A DNA stretch of 64,000 bases from Armatimonadota bacterium (GTDB lineage: Bacteria; Vulcanimicrobiota; JACPDS01; JBDRKI01), in NCBI GenBank assembly GCA_043814095.1, contig JBDRKI010000036.1:42093-106092 (forward strand), written 5' to 3'. Shown one piece after another: positions 19,815 to 29,229 of the stretch. The translations under genes were made by a program, and so were the position numbers. Numbering within the stretch: the stretch's first letter is position 1; every line of letters starts with the position of its first letter. The notes beneath the pieces are model-generated. The model saw only the letters and a list, made by a program, of their open reading frames with translations, had not been told where the DNA came from and did no database searches.

Positions 19815-20131
19815 ATTTTGAGATTTCATCCTTTTTCTGGTTTTTTAACATATCCGTCGTACTGCTGTTTATAGCAGGTTTTTACTGCATACTGGTAACT
19901 ACCAACCTTATAAGGGTGCTTATAGGGCTTGAGCTTCTCACAAAAGGGGTAACCCTTTTGATTATACTTGTGGGTTTTGTTACCGGCCGCATGGCGTTTG
20001 CTCAGACTTTAGCCATAACGCTTATCATTATTGAAGTTGTTGTTATAGCGGTCGGCGCCGGTATTATTGTAAGCGTGTTTAATAAAAATGAATCCTTAGA
20101 TGTCAGAAAATTAAGAAAACTGAAAGGTTAG
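19811..20131 (+). CDS. NuoK/MnhC-like small membrane subunit
   Basis: 106 aa with three TM helices. ATGA overlap with the previous gene. LIRVLIGLELLTKGVTLL segment. Confidence 0.7.
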   Translation: MNFEISSFFWFFNISVVLLFIAGFYCILVTTNLIRVLIGLELLTKGVTLLIILVGFVTGRMAFAQTLAITLIIIEVVVIAVGAGIIVSVFNKNESLDVRKLRKLKG

Positions 20132-20140
20132 GAGGCAAAA

Positions 20141-20473
20141 TTGAATTATTTATTACTTTTACCGCCGGTAGCTTTTGTTGTAATACTAATATTCGTGGCC
20201 CTTCAGCTTTTTGTCTTCGGCAAATACGGAGTTAAAAGCAAAAATGACGCGCCGGGCAAGAGAAAAGTTTACGCGTGCGGCGAAGATGTTCCTGTACCCA
20301 TGGTTAATCCGGAGTACAGCCAGTTTTTCTCTTTCGCGTTCTTTTTTACCATTATGCACGTTGTAGCCCTTATGATAACGACATTTCCCGCGGGCAGTAT
20401 TTCAATGCTCGCGTTCGCACTGTTTTATGTTGTAGGCGGGATAACCTGTTTATTCATTTTGTTCAGGAAATAA
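20141..20473 (+). CDS. NuoA-like small membrane subunit
   Basis: 110 aa, TTG start 7 nt after AGGAGG. TM1, then a loop with YACGE (compare the NuoA YECG motif), then two more TM helices. Confidence 0.55.
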   Translation: MNYLLLLPPVAFVVILIFVALQLFVFGKYGVKSKNDAPGKRKVYACGEDVPVPMVNPEYSQFFSFAFFFTIMHVVALMITTFPAGSISMLAFALFYVVGGITCLFILFRK

Positions 20474-20494
20474 TCAAACGGAGGTAGACACAAG

Positions 20495-20935
20495 ATGGAT
20501 CCTATTACTAAATTAGTTAACTGGGGAAGAGTAAAATCCCCGTGGATAATACATTTTAACGGAGGGAGCTGTAACGGCTGTGATATAGAAGTGGTCGCGG
20601 CTTTAACGCCCAGATATGATGTTGAAAGATTCGGCATTCTTTTAAAAGGCAGTCCAAGGCAAGCCGATGTTCTGGTCTGCACGGGCGCTGTTACAAAACA
20701 GATAAAAGACAGACTGGTAAGGATATATGAACAGATGGCAGAGCCTAAATTCGTGGTAGCCATCGGCGCTTGCGCGTGTTCGGGCGGTGTTTTTAAGGGG
20801 TGTTACTGCGTTGAAGGCGGGATTGATTCCGTGATACCCGTTAATGCCTATATACCGGGCTGTGCGGCTAATCCGGAAGCCATAATTGACGGAGTAGTCA
20901 AACTTCTGGGAACGCTCGCGCCCGCTAAAAAGTAA
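20495..20935 (+). CDS. group-4 [NiFe]-hydrogenase small subunit (NuoB-like, one [4Fe-4S])
   Basis: 146 aa. Cys ligand pattern GSCNGCDIE ... GACACSGG ... IPGC. Confidence 0.88.
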   Translation: MDPITKLVNWGRVKSPWIIHFNGGSCNGCDIEVVAALTPRYDVERFGILLKGSPRQADVLVCTGAVTKQIKDRLVRIYEQMAEPKFVVAIGACACSGGVFKGCYCVEGGIDSVIPVNAYIPGCAANPEAIIDGVVKLLGTLAPAKK

Positions 20936-20952
20936 TTTGGAGGAAAAGTTTT

Positions 20953-21435
20953 ATGTCAAAAGCTGAAAATTATAAAAATGAGCTGGAAAAAAAGTTTGAT
21001 TATCTTAAAGACAAAATAGATATTAAAAGCGAGAACCGCATATTTACAAATTACCTTCCGGAAGAGCAGTTTAGGCCCGTACTTGAATATCTCGCAAAAG
21101 AAAAAGGTTTCTGGCAGATATGCACGATAAGCGGCATGGAAGAAGAAGATTTTTACGGAGCTATTTACCATCTTTCACATGAAGACGGCACTGTTTTAAG
21201 CTTAAAGCTGCGCACAAAAGACAAAAAGAATATAACCATAAAGACCGTTACAGAGTTTTATGCCGGCGCGGAGCTTTATGAGAGAGAATTAGTTGATATG
21301 TTCGGCATAAAAGTAGAAGGACTGCCGGAAGGCAACCGTTATCCTCTGCCTGACGGCTGGCCGGATGGTGTGCATCCTCTTAGAAAAGATTATATAGTTG
21401 AAAATGATTTAGGCAAGAAAGAAGAGGTGAAATAA
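20953..21435 (+). CDS. NuoC-like (30 kDa) hydrogenase subunit
   Basis: 160 aa. ERELVDMFGIKVEGLP and PLRKD blocks typical of NuoC/HycE N-domain/MbhK-type proteins. Confidence 0.8.
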   Translation: MSKAENYKNELEKKFDYLKDKIDIKSENRIFTNYLPEEQFRPVLEYLAKEKGFWQICTISGMEEEDFYGAIYHLSHEDGTVLSLKLRTKDKKNITIKTVTEFYAGAELYERELVDMFGIKVEGLPEGNRYPLPDGWPDGVHPLRKDYIVENDLGKKEEVK

Positions 21436-21436
21436 T

Positions 21437-22660
21437 ATGGGTAAAATTACCATACCTATAGGACCCCAGCACCCGGCGCTTAAAGAACCTATGTGTCTAA
21501 GCGTTGTTCTTGACGGTGAAAGAATATTCAGCACCGGTTTGCGGCTTGGCTACAACCACAGAGGTGTTGAAAAAGCATGTGAATTAAGAACATATATTCA
21601 GGATATATATATACTTGAACGTATCTGCGGTATATGTTCGCATGTTCATGCCACAACATTTGCCCAGACGGTTGAAGCTATCGCAGGATTGGATGTTCCA
21701 AAACGCGCTCTATATATGAGAACTATTATAGGGGAGCTTGAAAGAGTTCACAGCCATCTTCTTTGGCTTGGTGTTGCAGGACATGAACTGGGTTTTGACA
21801 CCCTTTTAATGTATACATGGCGCGACCGTGAAGTAGTAATGGATCTTTTAAATCTTCTTACAGGCAACCGTGTTAATTACGGTATTAATACAATAGGCGG
21901 TGTAAGGCGCGATATTACGCCCGAACAGATCCAGGAGACCTTAAAAGGCATAGATATACTGGAAGAAAGAACAAAATATTATGTTCAGGTTGCAACTGAA
22001 GAAGTAACTCTCATAAAGAGACTTGCAAATGTCGGTATGATATCCCATGAAGACGCGAAAAGGCTCGGCGCAGTAGGGCCTACAGCCAGGGCATCCGGTG
22101 TTAATGTGGATGTAAGGGCAAATGATCCTTACGCGGCATACGCGGAGATGGATTTCAAGGTCATTACCGATAACCATAATGATGTTTTCGGCAGGGCTGT
22201 TGTAAGGGTATTAGAGCTTATGGAAAGCTATAAAATATTAAGACAGGCTCTTAAGAATCTTCCCGAAGGCCCGATAACCGTAAAAGCCCCGAGAAAGATA
22301 CCCGAAGGAGAGAATTTCTCAAGATATGAAGCCCCGAGAGGTGAGGCTGTTCATTATGTAAAATCCAACGGCACTGAAAAGCCTTACAGGGTAAAAGTAA
22401 GGGCCCCAACCCTTGCCAACTGGGCTGCCACGTTAAAGATGCTTGAGAACAGCTATCTTGCCGATGTGCCGATTATCGTGGCGGCAATAGATCCCTGCTT
22501 CTCATGTACCGACAGAAGCATAATAGTAAAAGATAAGCATAACAGCGGCTTTAACATGAACAAAGCCCAGCTCAGAGAATATTCCATAAACTGGTATAAA
22601 CAGCAGGGAATAGATTTTACTGAATTAAATAATAAACTTTTAAAGAAGCTTGAAGCATAG
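21437..22660 (+). CDS. group-4 [NiFe]-hydrogenase large (catalytic) subunit, NuoD-like
   Basis: 407 aa. Both Ni-Fe ligand motifs are intact: RICGICSHVH (N-terminal RxCGxCxxxH) and DPCFSCTDR (C-terminal DPCxxCxxR). A further ~47 aa follow the second motif, consistent with a protease-removed C-terminal peptide. Confidence 0.9.
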   Translation: MGKITIPIGPQHPALKEPMCLSVVLDGERIFSTGLRLGYNHRGVEKACELRTYIQDIYILERICGICSHVHATTFAQTVEAIAGLDVPKRALYMRTIIGELERVHSHLLWLGVAGHELGFDTLLMYTWRDREVVMDLLNLLTGNRVNYGINTIGGVRRDITPEQIQETLKGIDILEERTKYYVQVATEEVTLIKRLANVGMISHEDAKRLGAVGPTARASGVNVDVRANDPYAAYAEMDFKVITDNHNDVFGRAVVRVLELMESYKILRQALKNLPEGPITVKAPRKIPEGENFSRYEAPRGEAVHYVKSNGTEKPYRVKVRAPTLANWAATLKMLENSYLADVPIIVAAIDPCFSCTDRSIIVKDKHNSGFNMNKAQLREYSINWYKQQGIDFTELNNKLLKKLEA

Positions 22661-22684
22661 ATTAAAATAAAGGGGTGAACAAAA

Positions 22685-23626
22685 GTGATACTTAAAGAAC
22701 TTTTTTACATCATAATCTTCCCCGGGTTTCTGTTTCTCGGTATATTCGGCCTTATAGGCGAATTTATTGACAGAAAACTTTATGCAAGATTCCAGAACAG
22801 GTGGGGTCCTCCGTGGTTCCAGCCTATAGCTGATTTCTTTAAATTAATAGGGAAAGAAGAGATTATACCCGAGGGAGCCGATAAGGGCATGTTTAAATTT
22901 ATGCCTGTGCTTGCTCTTACAGCCACTATTACGGCGTTTTTATACATTCCTTTATGGAGCACGAACGCGCTGTATTCCTTTTACGGGGATGTAATCGTTG
23001 TGCTGTATCTTCTTACCATACCGACCCTTACCTTCTTCTTAGCAGGCTGGTATTCAAGTTCTCCTTATTCAATGGTCGGCGCGGTAAGAACAATAACACA
23101 GCTTTTTGCTTATGAAGTGCCGCTTTTCCTGGCGGTTCTTTCACCGGCTCTTCTTGCGGGCAGCTGGAATCTTTCGGAGATAGCCTGTTTTTACAGCTCT
23201 TACCCGTGGCTTTTCGCCGTTAACCTTATAGGGTTTATGGTTGCTTTAATAGCCACGCTCGGCAAGCTTGAAAAGGTTCCGTTTGATATACCCGAAGCCG
23301 AAACCGAAATTGTAGCAGGTACTTTTACCGAGTATACGGGCAGGCTTTTCGCGTTCTTCAGGATGGCGATAGATATTGAAACAATAGTCGTGGCGTCCCT
23401 GATAGCGGTAGTTTTCCTCCCGTTCGGCCTGACAATAGGGCCTATATGGGGATTTGTGCTGTATGTGGTCAAGGTACTCTTTGTGATATTTATTCTTGCT
23501 CTTTTAAGAACTCTTTTTGCAAGGCTCAGAATTGATCAGATGGTTGATTTCTGCTGGAGATGGCTGGCTCCTGCCGCGTTCCTCCAGCTTATAATATGCC
23601 TTATACTTAAAGCTTATATATTCTAA
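22685..23626 (+). CDS. NuoH/HycD/MbhM-like membrane subunit
   Basis: 313 aa polytopic, GTG start after AGGGGTGA. RWGPPWFQPIADFFKL and PFDIPEAETEIVAG blocks. Confidence 0.88.
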   Translation: MILKELFYIIIFPGFLFLGIFGLIGEFIDRKLYARFQNRWGPPWFQPIADFFKLIGKEEIIPEGADKGMFKFMPVLALTATITAFLYIPLWSTNALYSFYGDVIVVLYLLTIPTLTFFLAGWYSSSPYSMVGAVRTITQLFAYEVPLFLAVLSPALLAGSWNLSEIACFYSSYPWLFAVNLIGFMVALIATLGKLEKVPFDIPEAETEIVAGTFTEYTGRLFAFFRMAIDIETIVVASLIAVVFLPFGLTIGPIWGFVLYVVKVLFVIFILALLRTLFARLRIDQMVDFCWRWLAPAAFLQLIICLILKAYIF

Positions 23627-23637
23627 TATAACGGGAG

Positions 23638-24000
23638 ATGATTATGCAAAAACCGGGTGTAATGTTAAAAGAACTTTTAAGCCATGTAGGCAAAAAGCCG
23701 GCAACCGTACTGTATCCTTTTGTAAAAGTAGAGATGCCTCCTAAATTCAGGGGCAAGCTTAAATTTCACTCTGAGAACTGCATCGGGTGTAATATCTGTA
23801 TGAGAGACTGTCCCGCTAATGCAATAAAAATAATAAAAATAGAGGATAAAAAGTTCAAAGCCCAGATAGAATTGGGGCAGTGCATATACTGTGGGCAGTG
23901 TGTTGATTCATGCCCCAAAAACGCGCTCAGCATGACTGATGAGTTTGAGCTTGCTCAGATTGATCCTCAGAGGATGACGGTGGTTGAGGGTGCAGAATAA
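23638..24000 (+). CDS. 2x[4Fe-4S] ferredoxin-like subunit (NuoI/MbhN-like)
   Basis: 120 aa. CIGCNICMRDCP and CIYCGQCVDSCP. ATG at 23644 is an alternative start. Confidence 0.85.
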   Translation: MIMQKPGVMLKELLSHVGKKPATVLYPFVKVEMPPKFRGKLKFHSENCIGCNICMRDCPANAIKIIKIEDKKFKAQIELGQCIYCGQCVDSCPKNALSMTDEFELAQIDPQRMTVVEGAE

Positions 24001-24469
24001 ATTAAAAGAAAAACTTAAAGGCTCGAAAAAAATCGTAGTTTTAGTCCTTGGCTCAGATCTTCGCGGCGATGATGAAGCCGGGATACTTGTTGGGAAAGAG
24101 CTGGAAAAAAAGATAGATGCTTCTAAAGTTCAGGTGCTGTACGGGTTTACAGCACCTGAAAATTTTACGGGGCAGATTAAAAAGATTAATCCTACCCATA
24201 TCATAATGGTTGACGCGGCTCAGATGGATAAGTCTCCCGGGGATGTAGATATTATTGAAAAAGACAGTATAGACTGCATAACCTTCTCAACCCATTCACT
24301 TCCCATAAAGATAATGGTTGATTATATGAAAGAATCAATTGATGCTGAAAGCGTAATTATCGGCATTGAACCCAAAGATATGGGTTTTGATAAGAAAGTC
24401 TCTCCGGAAATTAAAAAAGCCGTGAAAAAGACCGCGAAAATTATATTAGATGTCGTAAAAGATAAATAA
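23984..24469 (+). CDS. hycI: hydrogenase maturation endopeptidase (HycI/HyaD family)
   Basis: 161 aa. VLGSDLRGDDEAG, IMVDAA and FSTHSLP blocks match the metal-binding pattern of [NiFe] large-subunit C-terminal proteases. TTG/GTG start overlaps the previous gene. Confidence 0.72.
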   Translation: MRVQNKLKEKLKGSKKIVVLVLGSDLRGDDEAGILVGKELEKKIDASKVQVLYGFTAPENFTGQIKKINPTHIIMVDAAQMDKSPGDVDIIEKDSIDCITFSTHSLPIKIMVDYMKESIDAESVIIGIEPKDMGFDKKVSPEIKKAVKKTAKIILDVVKDK

Positions 24470-24493
24470 TTATACAAAAGAATAACACAGCAA

Positions 24494-24526
24494 AAGAAAT
24501 CCTTAGAAATAAGGATTTCTTTTATT
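24494..24526 (+). terminator. rho-independent terminator of the hydrogenase operon
   Basis: AAGAAATCCTTA-gaaa-TAAGGATTTCTT followed by TTATT. Confidence 0.8.
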
Positions 24527-24616
24527 ATAAAGGGTTATTTTCATTTATTATCAAATTATTATACAGATAAATAGCCCCGCGTAATAAAACATATCATTAA
24601 AAGAGGAGTCGTAATT

Positions 24617-26674
24617 ATGAAAAGACTAACCGTTTTGTTTTTACTGTTTGTTTTTTGTCTGTCTTTTGCGGTTGTATATGCCGGTGATGCGCAGGATAAA
24701 CCGGAAAGGAAGTATGTACTTGAAAGAGTAAAATGCGGTCCGAAAGATTTTGCGGTTGTTCAGGTTTACGCTGATAATTTTGAGGAGCTTTCTTTACCTG
24801 ATAAACTGCAGGTTTATTATCTTACAAAAGCCGCGGAAGCGGGAAGCGATATATGGTTTGATCAAAACCACAGGAACGCCTTAGAAATAAAACGAGTTCT
24901 GGAAGAGATTATTACTCATCCCGAAGGTATAAATAAAGATGTTCTGGAAAAAATATTTAACTACGCCAAAATTTTCTGGGCTGAAGGCGGGAATTACGGC
25001 GAAAGGGACAAATTAAAATTTATTCCGGAATTTACTTATGACGAACTTCTTGCCGCCGCAAAGACGGCTCAGAAAAACGGCGCTGATTTCGGTGTGACGG
25101 GAAAAAAATCGCTTGAAGAACAGTTAAACGCGCTTAACAGGGTGATTTTTGACATTAATTACGAACCGCTAAGCGTCTGCAAGGATTCTTCAAAAGATAT
25201 CGTGGGTGAAAGCGCGGTTAATTTTTATTCAAAAGACATAGCAGCTAAGGATTTGGAAAATTTTAAGGAAAATAATCAGCTGAATGCATTAGTTTTAAAA
25301 GAAAACGGTGTTTTAGTTGAAAAAGTTTATAAGATAGGCGGTGTATATTCCGATTATCTTAAAGGGATAAATCAGAACCTCGGTAATGCGAAAAGCGTAA
25401 TCCCGCCAGATAACATTACGGGGCAGGATCAGATTAAAACCATAGAAAAACTGGCGGAGTTTTTTACTTCCGGAAACATTAAGGATTTTGAAGAGTATAA
25501 TATTCAGTGGGTAAAAACAAAAGGCATGGTTGACTGCATACTGGGATTTATAGAGAGTTATAAAGATCCGCGCGGCGTTAAAGCAACGTTTGAGGGCTGT
25601 GTTTTTTATACTGATTTTGAAAATACCCGCCTTATGAATTTAATAGGGGAAAATGTTAAATATTTTGAAGAAAGAATGCCGTGGGAAGATAAATACAAAA
25701 GAACAAATTTTGGTACCGCGCCGGTAGCCAATTCGGTTATGGTTGCCATGGGTACGGGGGACGCGGGAACTCAAGCTCCCGTCGGCATAAACCTGCCCAA
25801 TGACGAGCAGATAAGACAGAGTTACGGTACAAAGAGCGTTTCTTTATATAATATTATGGAATCTATACGCAAAGTTTCCGGTGATAAAGTTAAGAAAGAA
25901 TTCTACATGCCGGAAGTTTTCGATCTGGTAAAAGAATACGGCGACAAATCAGTGGATATGGAGATCGCGCTTCATGAAGTATGCGGGCATGCTTCGGGTA
26001 AAACCACGGTTAAAGACCCGGACAACTGCCTGAAAGAATACGCCCGCGCTTGGGAAGAAGGAAGAGCCGAACTTGTTGCCCTGTGGCATTTAACCGACCC
26101 GTTGTTTTATGAAAATAAAATATGTTCTAAAGAAGATCTGGAAAAAATAGGAAAAGCGGGCTATACAGGTTATGTAACGGGCGACTTTGTTAATTTAAGG
26201 AGAATACCGGGTCCCGTGATCCAGGATGATCATATGAGAGCTGCCCATTTTATAACAACTTATCTCATAGAAGAAGCAAAAGTTGTAAAGCCGGTTGAGA
26301 TAGACGGTAAGATATATATGACGGTTCCCGATACCGCAAAGATGCGCGAAGCGGTCGGCCGGCTTTTAAGCATAGTTATGGAAGTAAAGGCCAACGGCGA
26401 TTATGAAAAAGCCAAAGAGATGATGAACAGGTATGGCGTAAAAGTAAATACGGACTGGCAGAAGCAGGTTAATGAAAGATACGTGAAACTGGATCTGCCC
26501 ATGTACAGGGCGCTTGTTTACCCGCAATACGGTCTTGTTGAAGATGACAGTGGTGAAGTTATTGACGTGGCGGTTGAATATAATGAAGGATTAACCGCCC
26601 AGCAACTGCGGCTTTCCGGTTATTCCGAGGAAGAGATATACAATGCCCTTGAAGCGGAAAAAACACTGCGGTAA
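24617..26674 (+). CDS. secreted dipeptidyl-peptidase III-like zinc peptidase (family M49)
   Basis: 685 aa. Signal peptide MKRLTVLFLLFVFCLSFAVVYA. HEVCGH (compare the M49 HExxGH motif) and EEGRAE (compare EExRAE). Confidence 0.75.
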   Translation: MKRLTVLFLLFVFCLSFAVVYAGDAQDKPERKYVLERVKCGPKDFAVVQVYADNFEELSLPDKLQVYYLTKAAEAGSDIWFDQNHRNALEIKRVLEEIITHPEGINKDVLEKIFNYAKIFWAEGGNYGERDKLKFIPEFTYDELLAAAKTAQKNGADFGVTGKKSLEEQLNALNRVIFDINYEPLSVCKDSSKDIVGESAVNFYSKDIAAKDLENFKENNQLNALVLKENGVLVEKVYKIGGVYSDYLKGINQNLGNAKSVIPPDNITGQDQIKTIEKLAEFFTSGNIKDFEEYNIQWVKTKGMVDCILGFIESYKDPRGVKATFEGCVFYTDFENTRLMNLIGENVKYFEERMPWEDKYKRTNFGTAPVANSVMVAMGTGDAGTQAPVGINLPNDEQIRQSYGTKSVSLYNIMESIRKVSGDKVKKEFYMPEVFDLVKEYGDKSVDMEIALHEVCGHASGKTTVKDPDNCLKEYARAWEEGRAELVALWHLTDPLFYENKICSKEDLEKIGKAGYTGYVTGDFVNLRRIPGPVIQDDHMRAAHFITTYLIEEAKVVKPVEIDGKIYMTVPDTAKMREAVGRLLSIVMEVKANGDYEKAKEMMNRYGVKVNTDWQKQVNERYVKLDLPMYRALVYPQYGLVEDDSGEVIDVAVEYNEGLTAQQLRLSGYSEEEIYNALEAEKTLR

Positions 26675-26705
26675 TAAAGTAAACCCGGAATTATGAGGAC
26701 AGATT

Positions 26706-27386
26706 ATGCTTTTTTTACCTATAAGGGATGAAGGAAACCGTCCCGGAGCGCATCTTCTGGTTATTAAAATATTAATTGCGGTTAATGTCGCCGTATTTCT
26801 GCTTGAAATCGTTTTAATGTCAACCGATACTCTTTCTGATTTTATTCTCAACTTCGGTTTTATCCCATCAAGATTTTACTATATATGGACCGCTGTAACT
26901 TCCACTTTTATTCACGGCGGTTTTTTTCATCTAGCAGGGAACATGCTTTTTTTATGGATTTTCGGAGATAATATAGAAGATCTTCTGGGGAATATAAATT
27001 TTGCGTGGTTTTACCTTCTCTGCGGGTTCTCCGCTAACTTTGTTGATATGCTCTTTAGGTTCGGGTCAAATATACCCGCGATAGGGGCAAGCGGCGCCAT
27101 ATCAGGGCTTTTAGGGGCATATATAAGGTATTTTCCCAAGAATAAAATCGTTACATTCTACTTTTTTATTTTCAGGGTAGGCACTTTTAAAATAGATGCT
27201 CTCTGGTATCTGGCTTTCTGGTTCGGCGGCCAGCTGTTTTATTCGCTATTTGGTTCGGATGCCATGGGAATCGCTTACGGCGCTCATATAGGCGGCTTTA
27301 TAATAGGCTATTTTGCGGCAGGATTTTTTCCCCACAACAAAGATGTTATTGATCATCACAAGGAGATAGCGAAAAGATGGCGGTGA
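26706..27386 (+). CDS. rhomboid-family intramembrane serine protease
   Basis: 226 aa, about six TM helices. HGGFFHLAGNMLFLWIFG, GASGAISGLLGA (catalytic Ser) and GAHIGGF (catalytic His). Confidence 0.88.
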   Translation: MLFLPIRDEGNRPGAHLLVIKILIAVNVAVFLLEIVLMSTDTLSDFILNFGFIPSRFYYIWTAVTSTFIHGGFFHLAGNMLFLWIFGDNIEDLLGNINFAWFYLLCGFSANFVDMLFRFGSNIPAIGASGAISGLLGAYIRYFPKNKIVTFYFFIFRVGTFKIDALWYLAFWFGGQLFYSLFGSDAMGIAYGAHIGGFIIGYFAAGFFPHNKDVIDHHKEIAKRWR

Positions 27387-27471
27387 GGATATTACCACAG
27401 ATTATATAATTATCGGCATTAAACTCCAGTCGAGCCCCAAAAAACATTATAAATAAGTAGCTTTTATCAAT

Positions 27472-27532
27472 AAAATGTTAACAAATTGTTAACATTTTTG
27501 TAACATTCTGGCAATATAATTATGTTATAGTT
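27472..27532 (+). promoter_or_regulatory. TGTTAACA-array element, copy b
   Basis: TGTTAACA at 27476 and 27487, T-GTAACA at 27499, TGGCAATA at 27509 (11-bp register), TATAAT at 27515-27520, TATGTTAT at 27521. The downstream gene's RBS and ATG are at 27556-27570. Confidence 0.6.
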
Positions 27533-27569
27533 TAGATAAGAAAATATGACACAAAATGGAGAGTATATT

Positions 27570-28130
27570 ATGGCAAGCAAAATAGAAGCTTTTATACAGG
27601 CATTAAAAGAGCCGGTTATAAAGCCTAAGGTTTATGATCAAACAAAACTTCTGGGAGAATTGAGAAACAGCCTTGCTTCTACCATATGCACCATTAAAAC
27701 TCTTTATCCTCACGAAACAGGCAAATCTATATCGGAGATGACCGTAAAAGAGGGCGAAACGTATTTTAAAAGAGTCCTTAAAAACGATAAATCAATAGGC
27801 GGAAGATTTATTAAAGATGTTTTCTATTTTTACAGGTCAATGGAATTGGAAGTTATGGCAGAAGGCTTTATAAAAGCGCTTTGTCATTGTGTTTCAAAAT
27901 CCGCCAATGTTACCGGTTCAGCAGAAGTTCTTTCTAAATCTGTAATGAATTTAGCGCCAGATGACCAGATCCAGCATTACTGCCGCATAATTGAAAAAGC
28001 AGAGATAAAAGCGGCAAGAAATGCTACGAGGAGAGAAGGAGCTTTGACTAAATTAAGAGAGTTTTTTAAAGGCGGCAAACTGAAGATAAAAAAACCTTCA
28101 GGGATTAAATTTAAACTTCCTAAATGGTAA
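27570..28130 (+). CDS. hypothetical protein (ORFan) with short Lys-rich C-terminal tail
   Basis: The track ORF starts at 27546. ATG at 27570 is preceded by GGAGA at 8 nt. No motif recognised. The tail is KGGKLKIKKPSGIKFKLPKW. Confidence 0.6.
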   Translation: MASKIEAFIQALKEPVIKPKVYDQTKLLGELRNSLASTICTIKTLYPHETGKSISEMTVKEGETYFKRVLKNDKSIGGRFIKDVFYFYRSMELEVMAEGFIKALCHCVSKSANVTGSAEVLSKSVMNLAPDDQIQHYCRIIEKAEIKAARNATRREGALTKLREFFKGGKLKIKKPSGIKFKLPKW

Positions 28131-28156
28131 AGAACCCATGTTTAAAAGTCAAGAAT

Positions 28157-28191
28157 AAAAAACAGGGATTTATTGTAAATCCCTGTTTTTT
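28157..28191. terminator. bidirectional hairpin terminator between convergent genes
   Basis: AAAAAA-ACAGGGATTTA-ttg-TAAATCCCTGT-TTTTT. Confidence 0.8.
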
Positions 28192-28206
28192 GATCCTATT
28201 AATCTT

Positions 28207-29148
28207 TTATCTTACTATCTTTGTTCCGGTGTTGCCTTTTAATGCTTCTGTAATATGTTCAGGATCGGTAATTATTACCTCTTTACCGCCTTTTTCTATG
28301 AATTGAATGCTAGCTTGAATTTTAGGCCCCATGGATCCTTTAGGGAACTGACCTTCTTCTAAGTATTTTTTAGCTTCGGCAACAGTTATCATATCAAGTG
28401 ATTTCTCATTCTCTTTTTTATAGTTTATGCATACTTTCTCAACACCTGTTGATATTATAAGGACATCCGCGTTTATCTGGTTCGCAAGAAGAGATGATGC
28501 TCTGTCTTTGTCTATAACAGCTTCCACGCCTTGTATGTCTCCGTTCCCGTTTTTTATGACGGGTATCCCGCCTCCGCCTACGGCTATAACTATGAAACCC
28601 TTATCCAGTAATGACTTTATGGCATCTTTCTCGAGTATGTCTATGGGAATAGGGGAGGGTACAACTCTTCTATAGCCGCGTCCTGCGTCTTCCACAATAC
28701 TCCATCCTTTTTCTTCCCTGTTTTTTTCGGCTTCTTCTTTTTTATAAAAAGGTCCTATAGGCTTTGACGGATTTTCAAATGAAGGATCATTTTTGTCAAC
28801 CAGAACCTGGGTTACTATCGTGGCGACAGTTTTGATTATTTTCTTCTCGCGCAACTCATTTCCCAGCACCTGCTGGAGCATATAGCCCATGCCGCCCTGG
28901 GTGTCCGATACGCATGTGTCCAGGAATATGGGGTAAACTTTATCTTTTGAATATTCTACTCTTAGAAGAATATTCCCGACTTGGGGGCCGTTGCCGTGTG
29001 TAAGCACAATATCATAGCCCATGGCTATCATCTCGGCTAAGTGTTTTGAAGTTTCGCGCGAGTTTTCAAACTGTTCCGGTATTGTGCCTGTCTGGTTTTC
29101 CTTGGAAATGGAATTTCCGCCTATTGCGACCACTGCTAATTTTCCCAT
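28207..29148 (-). CDS. arcC: carbamate kinase
   Basis: 313 aa. Starts MGKLAVVAIGGNS. THGNGPQVG and VIAVGGGGIPV blocks. GGAGGA RBS. Confidence 0.9.
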   Translation of the reverse strand: MGKLAVVAIGGNSISKENQTGTIPEQFENSRETSKHLAEMIAMGYDIVLTHGNGPQVGNILLRVEYSKDKVYPIFLDTCVSDTQGGMGYMLQQVLGNELREKKIIKTVATIVTQVLVDKNDPSFENPSKPIGPFYKKEEAEKNREEKGWSIVEDAGRGYRRVVPSPIPIDILEKDAIKSLLDKGFIVIAVGGGGIPVIKNGNGDIQGVEAVIDKDRASSLLANQINADVLIISTGVEKVCINYKKENEKSLDMITVAEAKKYLEEGQFPKGSMGPKIQASIQFIEKGGKEVIITDPEHITEALKGNTGTKIVR

Positions 29149-29229
29149 AAATTCCTCCGGAGTTTACAAATAACCCGTTTTTAAAACGGACTGTTTGTAT
29201 GTTTTACATCTTAATATCTTTTTTAATAA

